DNA from: an uncultured Fibrobacterota bacterium
GTDB lineage: Bacteria > Fibrobacterota > Chitinivibrionia > Chitinivibrionales > FEN-1185
DNA length: 64,000 bases
Direction: 5' to 3'
NCBI GenBank assembly: GCA_963753345.1
Contig: CAVWBU010000024.1
Location: 256,001-320,000 of the forward strand
Shown here: positions 21,173 through 31,036 of the stretch, piece by piece
Layout of the letters: every line of letters starts with the position of its first letter
Position numbering within the stretch: position 1 is the stretch's first letter
Program-made: the position numbers and the translations under genes
Notes under the pieces: model-generated
What the model saw: only the letters and a program-made list of their open reading frames with translations
What the model was told of the DNA's origin: nothing
The model's database searches: none

Positions 21173-22438
21173 ATGACTTCATACCGTTCATCCGTAGGCT
21201 ATCCCAATGTTCTCGGAATGATCATGGCCGGAGGCGAAGGGTCCAGGCTCCACCCGCTCACCAACGAACGTGCGAAACCGGCCGTATATTTCGGCGGCAA
21301 GTACAGGATTGTCGACTTTGTCCTCAACAACTTCATCAATTCCGGGATTTTCAAGATAAAAGTCCTTACCCAGTTCAAGTCGGATTCACTCATCAAGCAC
21401 CTTACGACCGGATGGAACCTCAACCGAATGCTTGGCCAGTACATCGACCCGGTTCCCGCGCAAATGCGAACCGGCAAGAATTGGTATATGGGCACCGCGG
21501 ACGCAATATTCCAGAACTTCAACCTCATCGAGGATGAAAATCCGGACTACATCGCGGTGTTCGGCGCCGATCACATTTACAAAATGGATATTTCCCAGAT
21601 GCTCGATTTTCACCGGCGCGCAGGCGCCGTGGCAACCGTGGTTGCAATTCCGAAACCCGTTGAGGAAGCTTCGGCCTTCGGCATCATAGAAATCGATACC
21701 GACGGCCGGATGATCGGGTTCGAGGAGAAACCCAAGAATCCCAGAACCATTCCCGGCAACTCCGGGATGGTCCTGGTGTCCATGGGAAACTACATTTTCA
21801 ACAGGAAGTTTCTCGTTCGCGAACTGTTCAACGATGCCTCGCTTAGCGGCTCCTCTCACGACTTCGGCAAAGACGTAATTCCAAAAATCTTCCACAACTA
21901 TCCGATCTATGTGTGGGACTTCTCCAACAACCGGATTCCCGGAGAGACGCCGCAGCAGAACATTTACTGGAAGGACGTGGGCAGCATAGACGCCTATTAT
22001 GAGGCAAATATGACCCTTCGGGATGTGGTTCCTGAGATAAATCTCTACAACGAGGCATGGCCCATCCGCACCGCTCCAGGCCAATCGCCGCCCGCAAAAT
22101 TCGTCTTTTCCGGGGAGCCACCCGAAAAACGAAAAGGCGAAGCACTCGACTCTATTCTGAGCGGAGGCTGCATCGTAAGCGGCGGCAGGGTCATCCGCTC
22201 TGTCCTGTCGCGCGGTGTGCGGGTTCACAGCCTGGCCGTCGTCGAGGACTCAATTATCTTCCCGGACGTGCAGGTCAGCGAAAAAGCCCATATCCGGCGT
22301 ACCATCATCGACCGCGGCGTCCAGATTATGCCGGGTGAGAGGATAGGGTTCAATATCGAGGAAGACCGCAAGCGTTTCACGGTGAGCGAATCAGGCATTG
22401 TGGTCATAAGTCAACCGTCAAAAAACATCCTTCCGTAG
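21173..22438 (+). CDS. glgC: Glucose-1-phosphate adenylyltransferase
   Basis: MAGGEGSRL, RAKPAVYFGGKYRI, GTADA, ADHIYKMD, FEEKP, SMGNYIF, DFGKD. Confidence 0.97.
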   Translation: MTSYRSSVGYPNVLGMIMAGGEGSRLHPLTNERAKPAVYFGGKYRIVDFVLNNFINSGIFKIKVLTQFKSDSLIKHLTTGWNLNRMLGQYIDPVPAQMRTGKNWYMGTADAIFQNFNLIEDENPDYIAVFGADHIYKMDISQMLDFHRRAGAVATVVAIPKPVEEASAFGIIEIDTDGRMIGFEEKPKNPRTIPGNSGMVLVSMGNYIFNRKFLVRELFNDASLSGSSHDFGKDVIPKIFHNYPIYVWDFSNNRIPGETPQQNIYWKDVGSIDAYYEANMTLRDVVPEINLYNEAWPIRTAPGQSPPAKFVFSGEPPEKRKGEALDSILSGGCIVSGGRVIRSVLSRGVRVHSLAVVEDSIIFPDVQVSEKAHIRRTIIDRGVQIMPGERIGFNIEEDRKRFTVSESGIVVISQPSKNILP

Positions 22439-22619
22439 GCATGCATTGATGTAATTTTGGCAAGGCAAAATTCCTCGCGCACTTAATCGTATTGTGGACG
22501 GAAAGGATTATGATGAGTGTTTGGAAATCAAGAGGTTAATCGTTTAAACGCGTGCCTCTTGCACGTGTTTATGGTATAATTTGTGGGGTGCAGCTAACTT
22601 ATAACAGCAATTCTTTATT

Positions 22620-23459
22620 ATGCCGACAAGAACTGAATCGCTTTATTTCCGGGACATCAACCGCTTCCGCATCCTTTCGGAAGAGGAAGAGCGGGAAGTC
22701 ATTAGTGCTGTTCAGAAAAACAAGAACGGCGCCATTTCGACCCTCATAACCAGCAACCTCAGGTTTGTCGTAAGCGTGGCCCGGCGCTACCGGGGGAGAG
22801 GGCTGAGTTTTCTCGAACTTATCAACGAAGGCAACATCGGCCTTCTCAAGGCCGCCAAGCGCTTTGACCTTGAAAATAAGGTGAAGTTCATCTCCTATGC
22901 CGTCTGGTGGATCCGCCAGTCCATCCAGAAAGCCCTGTTCGAACAGACCGGAACGGTCCGGATCCCGCCCAACAAGATTGCTCTCCTTTCGAAATTCAAG
23001 AAGGCGCTTGACAGAAATTCCGGCGACTACCTGCGCACCATCGACATGACGGATTTCAAGGACCACGAGCAGGACATCATCGATGTCATGGACAAGCTCA
23101 GGGGGATCTCGCTTGACGCGCCGGTAGGCAGCGGCAACCAGTCCGCGGAAGGCGACTCCACCAAGACGCTGCAAGATATTCTGGGTGAAGATCCGAGCCA
23201 GGACAGCGAAAGCGAACGCCGAGAACTCGGCAAGGTGCTCGACAACGTGCTCCAGAATATCACCAGCAGGGAGGAGCGGATCCTCCGGATGTACTACGGA
23301 CTCAATTTCTCAAAGCAATTCACGCTCGAGGAGATCGGCAAGGAACTCAAGCTCACCCGCGAGCGTGTTCGGCTCATCCGCGACCGATCACTCAGGAAAC
23401 TTTTCAGAAATCCCGCGTCCCGCGCAAAGCTTTCCTTGTTTATTCAGGCCCGCAAGTAG
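22620..23459 (+). CDS. Sigma70-family RNA polymerase sigma factor (RpoD/RpoS-like, lacking region 1.1)
   Basis: NLRFVVSVA, EGNIGL, KFISYAVWWIRQ, TLEEIG...TRERVR. Confidence 0.93.
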   Translation: MPTRTESLYFRDINRFRILSEEEEREVISAVQKNKNGAISTLITSNLRFVVSVARRYRGRGLSFLELINEGNIGLLKAAKRFDLENKVKFISYAVWWIRQSIQKALFEQTGTVRIPPNKIALLSKFKKALDRNSGDYLRTIDMTDFKDHEQDIIDVMDKLRGISLDAPVGSGNQSAEGDSTKTLQDILGEDPSQDSESERRELGKVLDNVLQNITSREERILRMYYGLNFSKQFTLEEIGKELKLTRERVRLIRDRSLRKLFRNPASRAKLSLFIQARK

Positions 23460-23671
23460 CCCTTGGCCGCAGCTTCGCTTTTTCGGCGTCCCTCAATTTT
23501 TTCTTGGAGAACGCACGTCGGGAATGCATATTGTATGACATGCGGGAATTCCTTCCCTGTCCGGGGAAAGCGCCGACCCCGTCTGCTCCGAGCGCTGCTT
23601 CCGCCGACCCGGACATTGCAAACGCCGTTTTATAGAATCAGCGGTTTCATGTCAACCAACCGGATGCGGCC

Positions 23672-24106
23672 ATGTTCTTCTGGAAACACAAGATAATTTC
23701 ACTTCTTGTTATTGCGGGGATAGCTTATTTCTTTGTCAATCCCCCCCACAAGTTCGGTCTTGCAACCGGCAACTTCGTTGTGTTCAACCGCATTCCGATA
23801 ACCGGGCTCGACCTCTTCATCGATTTCGATGGCGTAGTGAGGCCCATGATGAACCTCGGCGGAACCGACAATCGCAGAGAGTGGACGAAGTCCATTCTCG
23901 AAACACCGCCCGAAGAGGACATGCTTCTCATTGTCGGAACGGGGTTCGGTGCGGCATCATTTCAGTTGAGCGATTCTCTCGTTATGCTGCTCAACACCAG
24001 AAACATTCGCAGTAGCCAGGTCCCGTCCGCCCAGGCGGTACAGCAGTATAACGCCGCCCTCGACCAGAAAAAGAAGGTCGCCCTTCTTCTAACGATAAAG
24101 AAATAA
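23672..24106 (+). CDS. Membrane-anchored Mth938/NDUFAF3-like domain protein
   Basis: N-terminal TM; LLIVGTG and AVQQYN...KVALLL motifs. Confidence 0.55.
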   Translation: MFFWKHKIISLLVIAGIAYFFVNPPHKFGLATGNFVVFNRIPITGLDLFIDFDGVVRPMMNLGGTDNRREWTKSILETPPEEDMLLIVGTGFGAASFQLSDSLVMLLNTRNIRSSQVPSAQAVQQYNAALDQKKKVALLLTIKK

Positions 24107-24112
24107 ACGTGA

Positions 24113-24156
24113 TGTGACGGCGGTCACAGCCGGGCGAAAGCTGCGCGTTTTATCTT
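24113..24156 (+). promoter_or_regulatory. TGTGAC-N4-GTCACA palindrome (CRP/FNR-type) with -10-like TATCTT upstream of tssA
   Basis: TGTGACggcgGTCACA at 24113-24128; TATCTT at 24151. Confidence 0.7.
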
Positions 24157-24278
24157 CTTTTGTACTGTGTTCGCGGCAAGCCCTTTGCCATCCAAAAAAT
24201 GTGCCGCGCAAGGGCGATTACTATATTCTTGTTTTCCGTTCGGCCACCCGACCATGCCATTGCACAAGGAGACGTCCT

Positions 24279-25793
24279 ATTTCCGAGCTTCTTGACATTA
24301 TCGTAAAACCCGTTCCGGGCGACGCCCCCATGGGCGCCAATATCAACTACGATGCCGATTTCGACGCCTGCAAGGGTGAAATCGGCAAGATCGGCAACAT
24401 AGATTACGGGGTTGTCGAGACATCGTGCAGGAAACTCCTTGCCAAAAAATCCAAGGACATGCGGCTTCTTTGCTTTCTAGGCTTCACGTATCTTCGAAGC
24501 GCAAAATGGGAATTCCTCGCTGATGTGTTTGAAGGGTTTGTCAAGCTTTGCACGCAAAACTTCGACGCGATGTTTCCCGACCGGGAACGCGCAAAATTTA
24601 ATGCGATAAAATGGCTTTCCGAGCCGCGCTTCAACGAAACCGCGGCCGCCCAGAAACCGGACGAGGCGGATTATCCGCATGTTGCCCGGCTGCTTGAAAA
24701 CCTGACATCCCTCAAAGGCTTTCTCCAGGAGAAATTTCCCGAAGGCTCGCCGTTCCCTTCCGGCTTCCATACTGCGGTTCAGAATTGGGAAAAGGCATGC
24801 AAGCCCAAGCCGAAGCCCGATGCCGCAGCCGCTGCTGCGGGCGGAACCGCCGCGGCAGAGGCGATGGATACGCCGAAGCAGGCCCAGCTTTCGGCCAGGA
24901 AAGCCGCGTACTTTCTTATCGAGAAGGAGCCCCAACGGCCCATGGGTTTCAGGCTCATGCGTTCCATCCGCTGGGATATTTTTGATAAGGTCCCGCCGAA
25001 CGAAAATGGAAAGACCCAGCTGGCGCCGCCGGCGGCGGAGCTCATTGCGGCGCTTGGGGCAATGATTGCGAACAAGGAATTCAAACCAGCGCTTGATAAA
25101 ACGGAAGTCGCCTTCACAACCGGCGCCAACCATCTGTGGCTGGGGCTCCAGCGGATCGGCGTGGAGGCGTGCCGGGGCCTCGGCGAATCCTACAGGGCCG
25201 TGGAACAGGCCATTGTGTACGAAACGGGTTTTTTCGTCAAACGGCTGCCCGACATCGCCAAACTTTCCTTTTCCGACGGCTCGCCCTTCTGCGACGACGC
25301 GACCAGGGAATGGCTTTCAAAACAGGTGCTGCCACTTCTCTCATCCGGAGGCACCCCGGGAGCGACAAAGGATACGGAGGCCTCCGCCGGCGATAGAGTT
25401 GAAGCCGAAAAGAAACAGGTGTCAACGCTCAGCGCATCGGGAAAGACGGAAGCGGCGCTGGATCTTCTGCAGAATGCCATCCGCAACTCGTCGAATGAAC
25501 GGGACAATTTCAGACGGTCCATCATCATGTGCAACATGCTGGCGACCGCGAAGCAGCCGGACATCGCCCTTTCGATCCTCGAATCCCTCGACGGAAAGAT
25601 CCAGCTGTATCATCTTGATAAATGGGACCCTGACCTCGCCGTTGACGCATGGAGCATCATGGTCAAGGTTCTCAAAGTCGCGCGGGCGAACAAGCCCGCT
25701 CCGCTTCAGGCAGGCATGACCGAGAAACAAAACACTATATTAAGTAAGATCAGTCAAATCGATCCCAAGAAAGCGTTTTCACTCACCTCATAA
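24279..25793 (+). CDS. tssA: Type VI secretion system protein TssA (ImpA_N + VasJ-like)
   Basis: PVPGDAPMG...YDADF, KSKDMRLL, LSFSDGSPF...TREWL, LDKWDPDLA; upstream of tssB/C. Start uncertain (ATT at 24279 behind AAGGAG, or ATG at 24330). Confidence 0.88.
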   Translation: MSELLDIIVKPVPGDAPMGANINYDADFDACKGEIGKIGNIDYGVVETSCRKLLAKKSKDMRLLCFLGFTYLRSAKWEFLADVFEGFVKLCTQNFDAMFPDRERAKFNAIKWLSEPRFNETAAAQKPDEADYPHVARLLENLTSLKGFLQEKFPEGSPFPSGFHTAVQNWEKACKPKPKPDAAAAAAGGTAAAEAMDTPKQAQLSARKAAYFLIEKEPQRPMGFRLMRSIRWDIFDKVPPNENGKTQLAPPAAELIAALGAMIANKEFKPALDKTEVAFTTGANHLWLGLQRIGVEACRGLGESYRAVEQAIVYETGFFVKRLPDIAKLSFSDGSPFCDDATREWLSKQVLPLLSSGGTPGATKDTEASAGDRVEAEKKQVSTLSASGKTEAALDLLQNAIRNSSNERDNFRRSIIMCNMLATAKQPDIALSILESLDGKIQLYHLDKWDPDLAVDAWSIMVKVLKVARANKPAPLQAGMTEKQNTILSKISQIDPKKAFSLTS

Positions 25794-25818
25794 TCACCTT
25801 CAGGAAAGGTAGGTTTGT

Positions 25819-26331
25819 ATGGCTGGCAGTTTCCAAAACGAAATACCCCCTGCCCGTATCAACCTCAAGCTCGACGTGGGCAAGGGCGGAGCCAAGAAGA
25901 AGATCGAATTGCCTCTCAAGACGCTCGTGGTAGGAGACTTCTCCTTCAAGAAACGCGGCGAACGCGTTTCCGACCGGGAAAAGATCAGCATCAACAAGGA
26001 GAACTTCACGCAGGTGATGGGAAGCATGGACCTGCAATTGAACTACAACGTCGAGAACAAACTCACCGGCGCCGGCGACCTCAAGGTTGACCTGAAAGTC
26101 AAGAACATGGACTCGTTCAAGCCCGAAAACGTCGCCAAGAGCATCCCCGCGCTGTCCAAAATGCTTGCAGCCCGAAACCTTCTGAAGGACCTGAAATCGA
26201 ACCTGCTTGACAACAGGGAATTCCGCAAGCGCCTCGAGGAAATCATCAAGGACCCTGGCGCCATGAAGTCCCTGCAGGACGAACTCAAAAAAATCGTGGC
26301 CGAGGAACAGAAAGCGGAAGAAAAGAAATAG
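25819..26331 (+). CDS. tssB: T6SS contractile sheath small subunit
   Basis: SFQNEIPPARINL, ELPLKTLVVGDF, FKPENVA, LLDNREFR. Confidence 0.95.
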   Translation: MAGSFQNEIPPARINLKLDVGKGGAKKKIELPLKTLVVGDFSFKKRGERVSDREKISINKENFTQVMGSMDLQLNYNVENKLTGAGDLKVDLKVKNMDSFKPENVAKSIPALSKMLAARNLLKDLKSNLLDNREFRKRLEEIIKDPGAMKSLQDELKKIVAEEQKAEEKK

Positions 26332-26382
26332 GGCGCGACCTTTCATTACCACCGATCACCACCAAAACGAGGAGCTTTCATT

Positions 26383-27903
26383 ATGGCAGAACAGGAAAAA
26401 CAGGCGGCCGGGAAGCAGGCGCAGGACGCCCACGGCCTCGAATACATCTATCAGACCATGAACCTCTCCATTCCAAAAAAACAGATTGACATATCGGAAT
26501 ATAAAAACACCGAAGTGCTCGCCGACAGCGACGCCAACGAGCGCATCAGCGCCGCGCTTTCGGTTTTTGTCGAAAGCGTAGCCGCCTCAAGCCAGAGCAT
26601 CGACAGGATCGACAAGGCGATGCTCGACCATCACATCAGCGAAATAGACAGGAAGCTGTCGCTCCAAATTGACGAGATCATGCACCATGCCAACTTCCAG
26701 AAGATGGAAGCGGCATGGCGGAGCCTCAAGTTCCTTGTCGACCGTATCGATTTCAAGAAAAATGCCAAACTCGACATTCTTGACGCATCGAAAGAAGACC
26801 TCGCCGAGGACTTCGAAGACGCGCCGGAAACAATCCAGTCGGGCCTTTACAAACACGTATACGTGAGCGAATACGACACCCCCGGCGGCGAACCGTACGG
26901 GTCACTCGTTTCGAATTTCGAGTTCGACAGCGGCCCCTCCGACATCACCCTTCTGCAGAACGTGTCGAAGGTGTCGGCCGCCTGCCATTGCCCGTTTTTG
27001 GGATTGGCGAGCCCCAAGTTCTTCGGTAAGGAGACAATCCAGGACCTTACCAAGATCGAGGACCTTCACAATTACATGGAACGGTCCGAGTTCCTCAAGT
27101 GGAATTCGTTCCGCCAGACCGAGGACGCTCGGTACGTGGGACTCATGCTTCCCCGCTTCATGCTCAGGCTCCCCTACGGCCCGGACACGCAGCCCGTCAA
27201 GGAATTCAATTACACCGAGAACGTAAAAGGAACCGATCACGACAAGTACCTGTGGGGCAATTCGACGTTCGCGTTCGCTGCGAACATGGTCCGCTCCTAC
27301 ATCGAAAACGGATGGTGCGTCCAGATCCGCGGGCCCGAGGCCGGCGGAAAAGTGGAAGACCTGCCGGTGCACATGTACGATGTCGGAAAAGGCAAGCAGA
27401 TGAAGATTCCCACGGAAATCCTCATTCCGGAAACCCGCGAATTCGAATTCGCGCAGGAAGGGTTCATTCCGCTGTCGTTCTACAAGAACCGCAACTACGC
27501 GTGCTTCTTCTCCGCCAATTCGGCGCAGAAGCCCGCGGAATACGACAATCCGGTCATCACCGCAAACATGCGCATCAATTCCCGGCTGCCGTACATTTTC
27601 CTGGTGTCGAGAATCGCGCACTATCTCAAGGTGATCCAGAGAGAGAATATCGGGTCCACCAAGAACAAGGTGGTGCTCCAGAACGAGCTCAACGGTTGGA
27701 TTAAGAATCTTGTCACCGAAATGAACGATCCGGGCCCGGATCTCATATCGACCCATCCCCTCAAGGCGGCGGAAGTGACCGTGAACGAAATCGAGGACAA
27801 CCCCGGGTTCTTCAGGGTGACGCTTTCGGTCATGCCTCATTTCCAGATCGAGGGAATCGATATCAACCTGTCCCTCGTGTCCCAGATGCCGAAAGGAAAA
27901 TAG
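26383..27903 (+). CDS. tssC: T6SS contractile sheath large subunit
   Basis: IMHHANFQKMEAAWR, EYDTPGGEP, RLPYG, WCVQIRGPEAGG, RIAHYLKV, PHFQIEG. Confidence 0.97.
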   Translation: MAEQEKQAAGKQAQDAHGLEYIYQTMNLSIPKKQIDISEYKNTEVLADSDANERISAALSVFVESVAASSQSIDRIDKAMLDHHISEIDRKLSLQIDEIMHHANFQKMEAAWRSLKFLVDRIDFKKNAKLDILDASKEDLAEDFEDAPETIQSGLYKHVYVSEYDTPGGEPYGSLVSNFEFDSGPSDITLLQNVSKVSAACHCPFLGLASPKFFGKETIQDLTKIEDLHNYMERSEFLKWNSFRQTEDARYVGLMLPRFMLRLPYGPDTQPVKEFNYTENVKGTDHDKYLWGNSTFAFAANMVRSYIENGWCVQIRGPEAGGKVEDLPVHMYDVGKGKQMKIPTEILIPETREFEFAQEGFIPLSFYKNRNYACFFSANSAQKPAEYDNPVITANMRINSRLPYIFLVSRIAHYLKVIQRENIGSTKNKVVLQNELNGWIKNLVTEMNDPGPDLISTHPLKAAEVTVNEIEDNPGFFRVTLSVMPHFQIEGIDINLSLVSQMPKGK

Positions 27904-27918
27904 CGGAAAACGCCGATC

Positions 27919-27961
27919 TGTGACGCTCGTCACAGATCGGCGCCGCGCTCAAGTTTATTTT
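27919..27961 (+). promoter_or_regulatory. TGTGAC-N4-GTCACA palindrome with -10-like TATTTT upstream of hcp
   Basis: TGTGACgctcGTCACA at 27919-27934, inside a 15-bp-arm inverted repeat (27911-27942); TATTTT at 27956. Confidence 0.7.
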
Positions 27962-28018
27962 TTTTGGTAATCGGGAACAACCCGCCCCGCAAACTTTACA
28001 CTGTGAAAGGAGTTTTGT

Positions 28019-28519
28019 ATGCCAATTCCCGCGTATTTGTGGCTCAAGAACGAGACCGGTGCCGACGTCAAAGGCTCCGTGGACGTGGCGAACCGCGAAG
28101 GAAGCATTGAGGTGCTCGAATTCCATCACGAAGTCCGCATCCCCACGGACCCGGACACCGGGCGCCTCACCGGCACCCGCAAGCACGAGTCGCTCACGTT
28201 CGTCAAGGCCTTCGACGCCTCGTCGCCGTACCTGTACAAGGCCGTGTGCGAAGGCGAGACGTACAAGACCGCCGAGTTCAAATTCTACAACATTGACGAC
28301 ACCGGCAGCGAAAAGGAATACTTCAACTTCAAACTCGAAGGCGTCAAGGTCTGCTCGGTGAAACCGACAATGCCCAATGTAAAGGACCCGACCAAGGAGC
28401 GCTACACCCACCTCGAGGAAGTCTCCCTGCGCTACCGCAAGATCACCTGGACATTCCTCGACGGAAACCTTCAGGCCTCGGATTCATGGGCGGAGGGAAG
28501 GGAAGGCGGGAGCAAGTAG
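28019..28519 (+). CDS. hcp: T6SS tube protein Hcp
   Basis: MPIPAYLWL...KGSV...REGSIEV...TGTRKH...SSPYLYKA...HLEEVSLRYRKITW. Confidence 0.96.
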   Translation: MPIPAYLWLKNETGADVKGSVDVANREGSIEVLEFHHEVRIPTDPDTGRLTGTRKHESLTFVKAFDASSPYLYKAVCEGETYKTAEFKFYNIDDTGSEKEYFNFKLEGVKVCSVKPTMPNVKDPTKERYTHLEEVSLRYRKITWTFLDGNLQASDSWAEGREGGSK

Positions 28520-28557
28520 ATTTCCCTGCCCGTTCGCTGTTGGAAGAATCACCGTAT

Positions 28558-28588
28558 GGGGCGCCGGCTGCAGCGCCCCTTCTTATTA
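28558..28588 (+). terminator. Probable terminator after hcp
   Basis: GGGGCGC-N8-GCGCCCC stem followed by TTCTTATT. Confidence 0.55.
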
Positions 28589-28799
28589 TGGTTACTCCGG
28601 TATCGACATTTCAGCGGACTCCGGTACAATCGCTCAGCCTGAGCACGGCTGTTGATTTTGTATGTTCAACAATGTATGTTTTCAGACTCGATAATTGCGA
28701 TTATTAAACGAATTTTTCACTTCACAGGACGGCCTCCGACTTGCCGGATATCGGGCAACATAATTCTCGGCCGTCAATCACCCAACTTTCGGAGCAATC

Positions 28800-30044
28800 A
28801 TGAGTAAGAATCCCGTTCTCTGCATCGTCGGACTCGGCTACGTGGGCCTGCCGCTTGCCGTTGAATTCGCCAAGCATTTCACGGTCCACGGCTTTGACAT
28901 AAGCGAAAAGCGCGTTGCGATCCTCAGAAAAGGCAGGGACCCCAACCGCGAGGTGGACTCTCAGGTATTGTCGAGCGTCAAGATCGAGTATTCAAGCAAC
29001 CCATCGGTCATCAGGAAAGCCGATTTCGTTGTGGTTGCCGTGCCCACGCCCATCGACGACCACAAGATCCCCGACCTTACGCCTGTTGTCAAGGCCTCGG
29101 AAACCGTGGGAAGGAACCTGAAGAGGGGCGCGATCGTGGTGTATGAATCCACCGTGTACCCCGGCGTCACCGAAGACGAATGCGTGCCGATCCTTGAGCG
29201 CGAAAGCGGGTTCACGTGGAAAAAGGACTTTTTCGTGGGATATTCGCCGGAGCGCATCAATCCCGGCGACCGGGAGCACACGGTGTCGAAGATAACCAAG
29301 GTCGTGTCGGGAGACACCCCGCAAACGCTTGAGACCGTCGCCGCGGTTTATGGCGCCGCGGTGAAGGCGGGCGTGTACCGGGCGCCTTCGATAAAAGTCG
29401 CTGAGGCGGCGAAGGTGATCGAAAACACCCAGCGAGACATCAACATCGCGCTCATGAACGAGCTGCGCATCATATTTGACAAACTGGGAATATCCACCAC
29501 CGAGGTGCTCGCCGCCTCAAAGACAAAGTGGAACTTTCTTCCCTTTGAGCCCGGGCTTGTCGGCGGGCACTGCATCGGCGTCGACCCCTACTACCTGGCC
29601 TACAAGGCCGAGGAAATAGGCCATCACCCGCAGATCATCATGGCAGGCAGGCGCATCAACGACGCCATGGGCAGGTATTTCGGCAGGGAAATCGTCAAGG
29701 AGATGACCAACAAGGGAATCTGCGTCAAGGACACGAGGGCGCTTGTGCTCGGCATCACGTTCAAGGAGAACGTGCCCGACATCCGCAATTCCAAGGTGAT
29801 CGACATCATGAAGGAACTCGCCGAGTTCGGCGTCAAGGTTGACGTGTGGGAGCCCGTGGCCGACGCCGAGGAGGTGCGGCTGGAATACGGGATCACCCCG
29901 ATTGCCAGGCCAAAACGGCACTCTTACGACGCAGTCGTGCTTGCCGTGAAGCACCGGGAGTTTCTTGAGCTGGGCAGGGCCGGGCTGTCGGCCTTCCTCA
30001 AGCCCAACGGTGTTTTCTTTGATGTCAAGGAAGCATTGGCATAG
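28800..30044 (+). CDS. Nucleotide-sugar dehydrogenase (WbpO/TviB-like UDP-HexNAc 6-dehydrogenase)
   Basis: GLGYVGLP, YESTVYPG, YSPERINPGD, GLVGGHCIGVDPYYL, FKENVPD. Confidence 0.95.
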   Translation: MSKNPVLCIVGLGYVGLPLAVEFAKHFTVHGFDISEKRVAILRKGRDPNREVDSQVLSSVKIEYSSNPSVIRKADFVVVAVPTPIDDHKIPDLTPVVKASETVGRNLKRGAIVVYESTVYPGVTEDECVPILERESGFTWKKDFFVGYSPERINPGDREHTVSKITKVVSGDTPQTLETVAAVYGAAVKAGVYRAPSIKVAEAAKVIENTQRDINIALMNELRIIFDKLGISTTEVLAASKTKWNFLPFEPGLVGGHCIGVDPYYLAYKAEEIGHHPQIIMAGRRINDAMGRYFGREIVKEMTNKGICVKDTRALVLGITFKENVPDIRNSKVIDIMKELAEFGVKVDVWEPVADAEEVRLEYGITPIARPKRHSYDAVVLAVKHREFLELGRAGLSAFLKPNGVFFDVKEALA

Positions 30045-30076
30045 ACCATAAATGCGGTTCTTTGGATAAAAATAAC

Positions 30077-30228
30077 AAATTGGGCGCCCCGCCGCTTTGT
30101 GGCGGCGGTCCTCCTTCCAGGCTCGGCCTTCGGCCTCGTTACCGCCTGCCACGAGGGTCCTTCGGGCCGTGGTCAGTCGGCAATCCCGCTTTGGCGGGAC
30201 CATTTTTCCAGTCCGACCTGGCGCGCGG
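30077..30228 (+). repeat. Structured intergenic repeat, copy 1
   Basis: Shares AAATTGGGCG...CTCCTTCC...CCTTCGGCCTCG...CCGCCTGCCAC...CGGGCCGTGGTCAG...TCCAGTCC...CGCGCGG with 40719-40878. Confidence 0.8.
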
Positions 30229-30370
30229 GCAGATGGACACCGAATCTCTTCAACCCTAATTGACAAGAGGAAGTGAACCTAAGTGACGGGAAGCGAGAGA
30301 GCTTGCTCCGGTAGCTGCAATGCAGAACTTGCGTGGACAAGATCTGCAACTATCAATTTTGATTCAGCAA

Positions 30371-31015
30371 TCAATTGAACCGCTTCTCATCCCCCATATT
30401 CGGCCTAATAATCAATTCCTCATACTGTTTCCTCAGCGACTCCCCGACCGCGGCATTTTCCCCCAGGCAATCCAGCGCCATGGCGATCGCCTCGACGGTT
30501 GCGAGGCCGTGCCTTTTTGTCTGGCCCCGCAACGACGGATGGTCGGGATTGAGCGTGATCCGGTTGAGCTTGAGCAGCCACGGATTCCGCCACCACATAG
30601 CCTTTGCCTGCTTCCACGACCCGTCAATGACGATGATGCCTTTGAAACGTGTCGAAATGGCAAGGAGAAGGTTCTTCGGGCTGAACATCTCCAGTTTCCT
30701 CGACGGCTCCTTGATGCCTTTGAGCAACAGCACCGCCCATGCATCCGCGTCTGCCTCTTCGCCGAGTGCGTGGGAAAGATTACGCCACGAAAGCCCGACG
30801 CGCAGCACGCTGTTGGCAAGCGCGCGGTGGGCAAGCATTGCCGAATTGAGAAGCTTGTGCTGTTCCTGGGGGTGTTGGAGGATAAGAACCTTTGCACCCG
30901 TGCCGAAAGGAACCGTTTTTCCGCACATGCACTGCGGAGTGAGGCGAAGGCATACAGGGCAAGCGTTCTTTTTGTCAATCTTCTTGGGGGTGGCTGCGGG
31001 CCTTGATGTTTTCAT
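30371..31015 (-). CDS. DTW-domain protein (tRNA-uridine aminocarboxypropyltransferase-like)
   Basis: CPVC...CMC, ILQHPQE, IDGSWKQAK, LATVEA. Confidence 0.9.
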   Translation of the reverse strand: MKTSRPAATPKKIDKKNACPVCLRLTPQCMCGKTVPFGTGAKVLILQHPQEQHKLLNSAMLAHRALANSVLRVGLSWRNLSHALGEEADADAWAVLLLKGIKEPSRKLEMFSPKNLLLAISTRFKGIIVIDGSWKQAKAMWWRNPWLLKLNRITLNPDHPSLRGQTKRHGLATVEAIAMALDCLGENAAVGESLRKQYEELIIRPNMGDEKRFN

Positions 31016-31036
31016 TTTGTGAAACGGCCCGTACCG

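Noticed and set aside
27911-27942. 15-bp hairpin as the tssC intrinsic terminator
   Set aside because: The U-tract is more than 10 nt from the stem and the core matches the operator palindrome; a dual role cannot be excluded.
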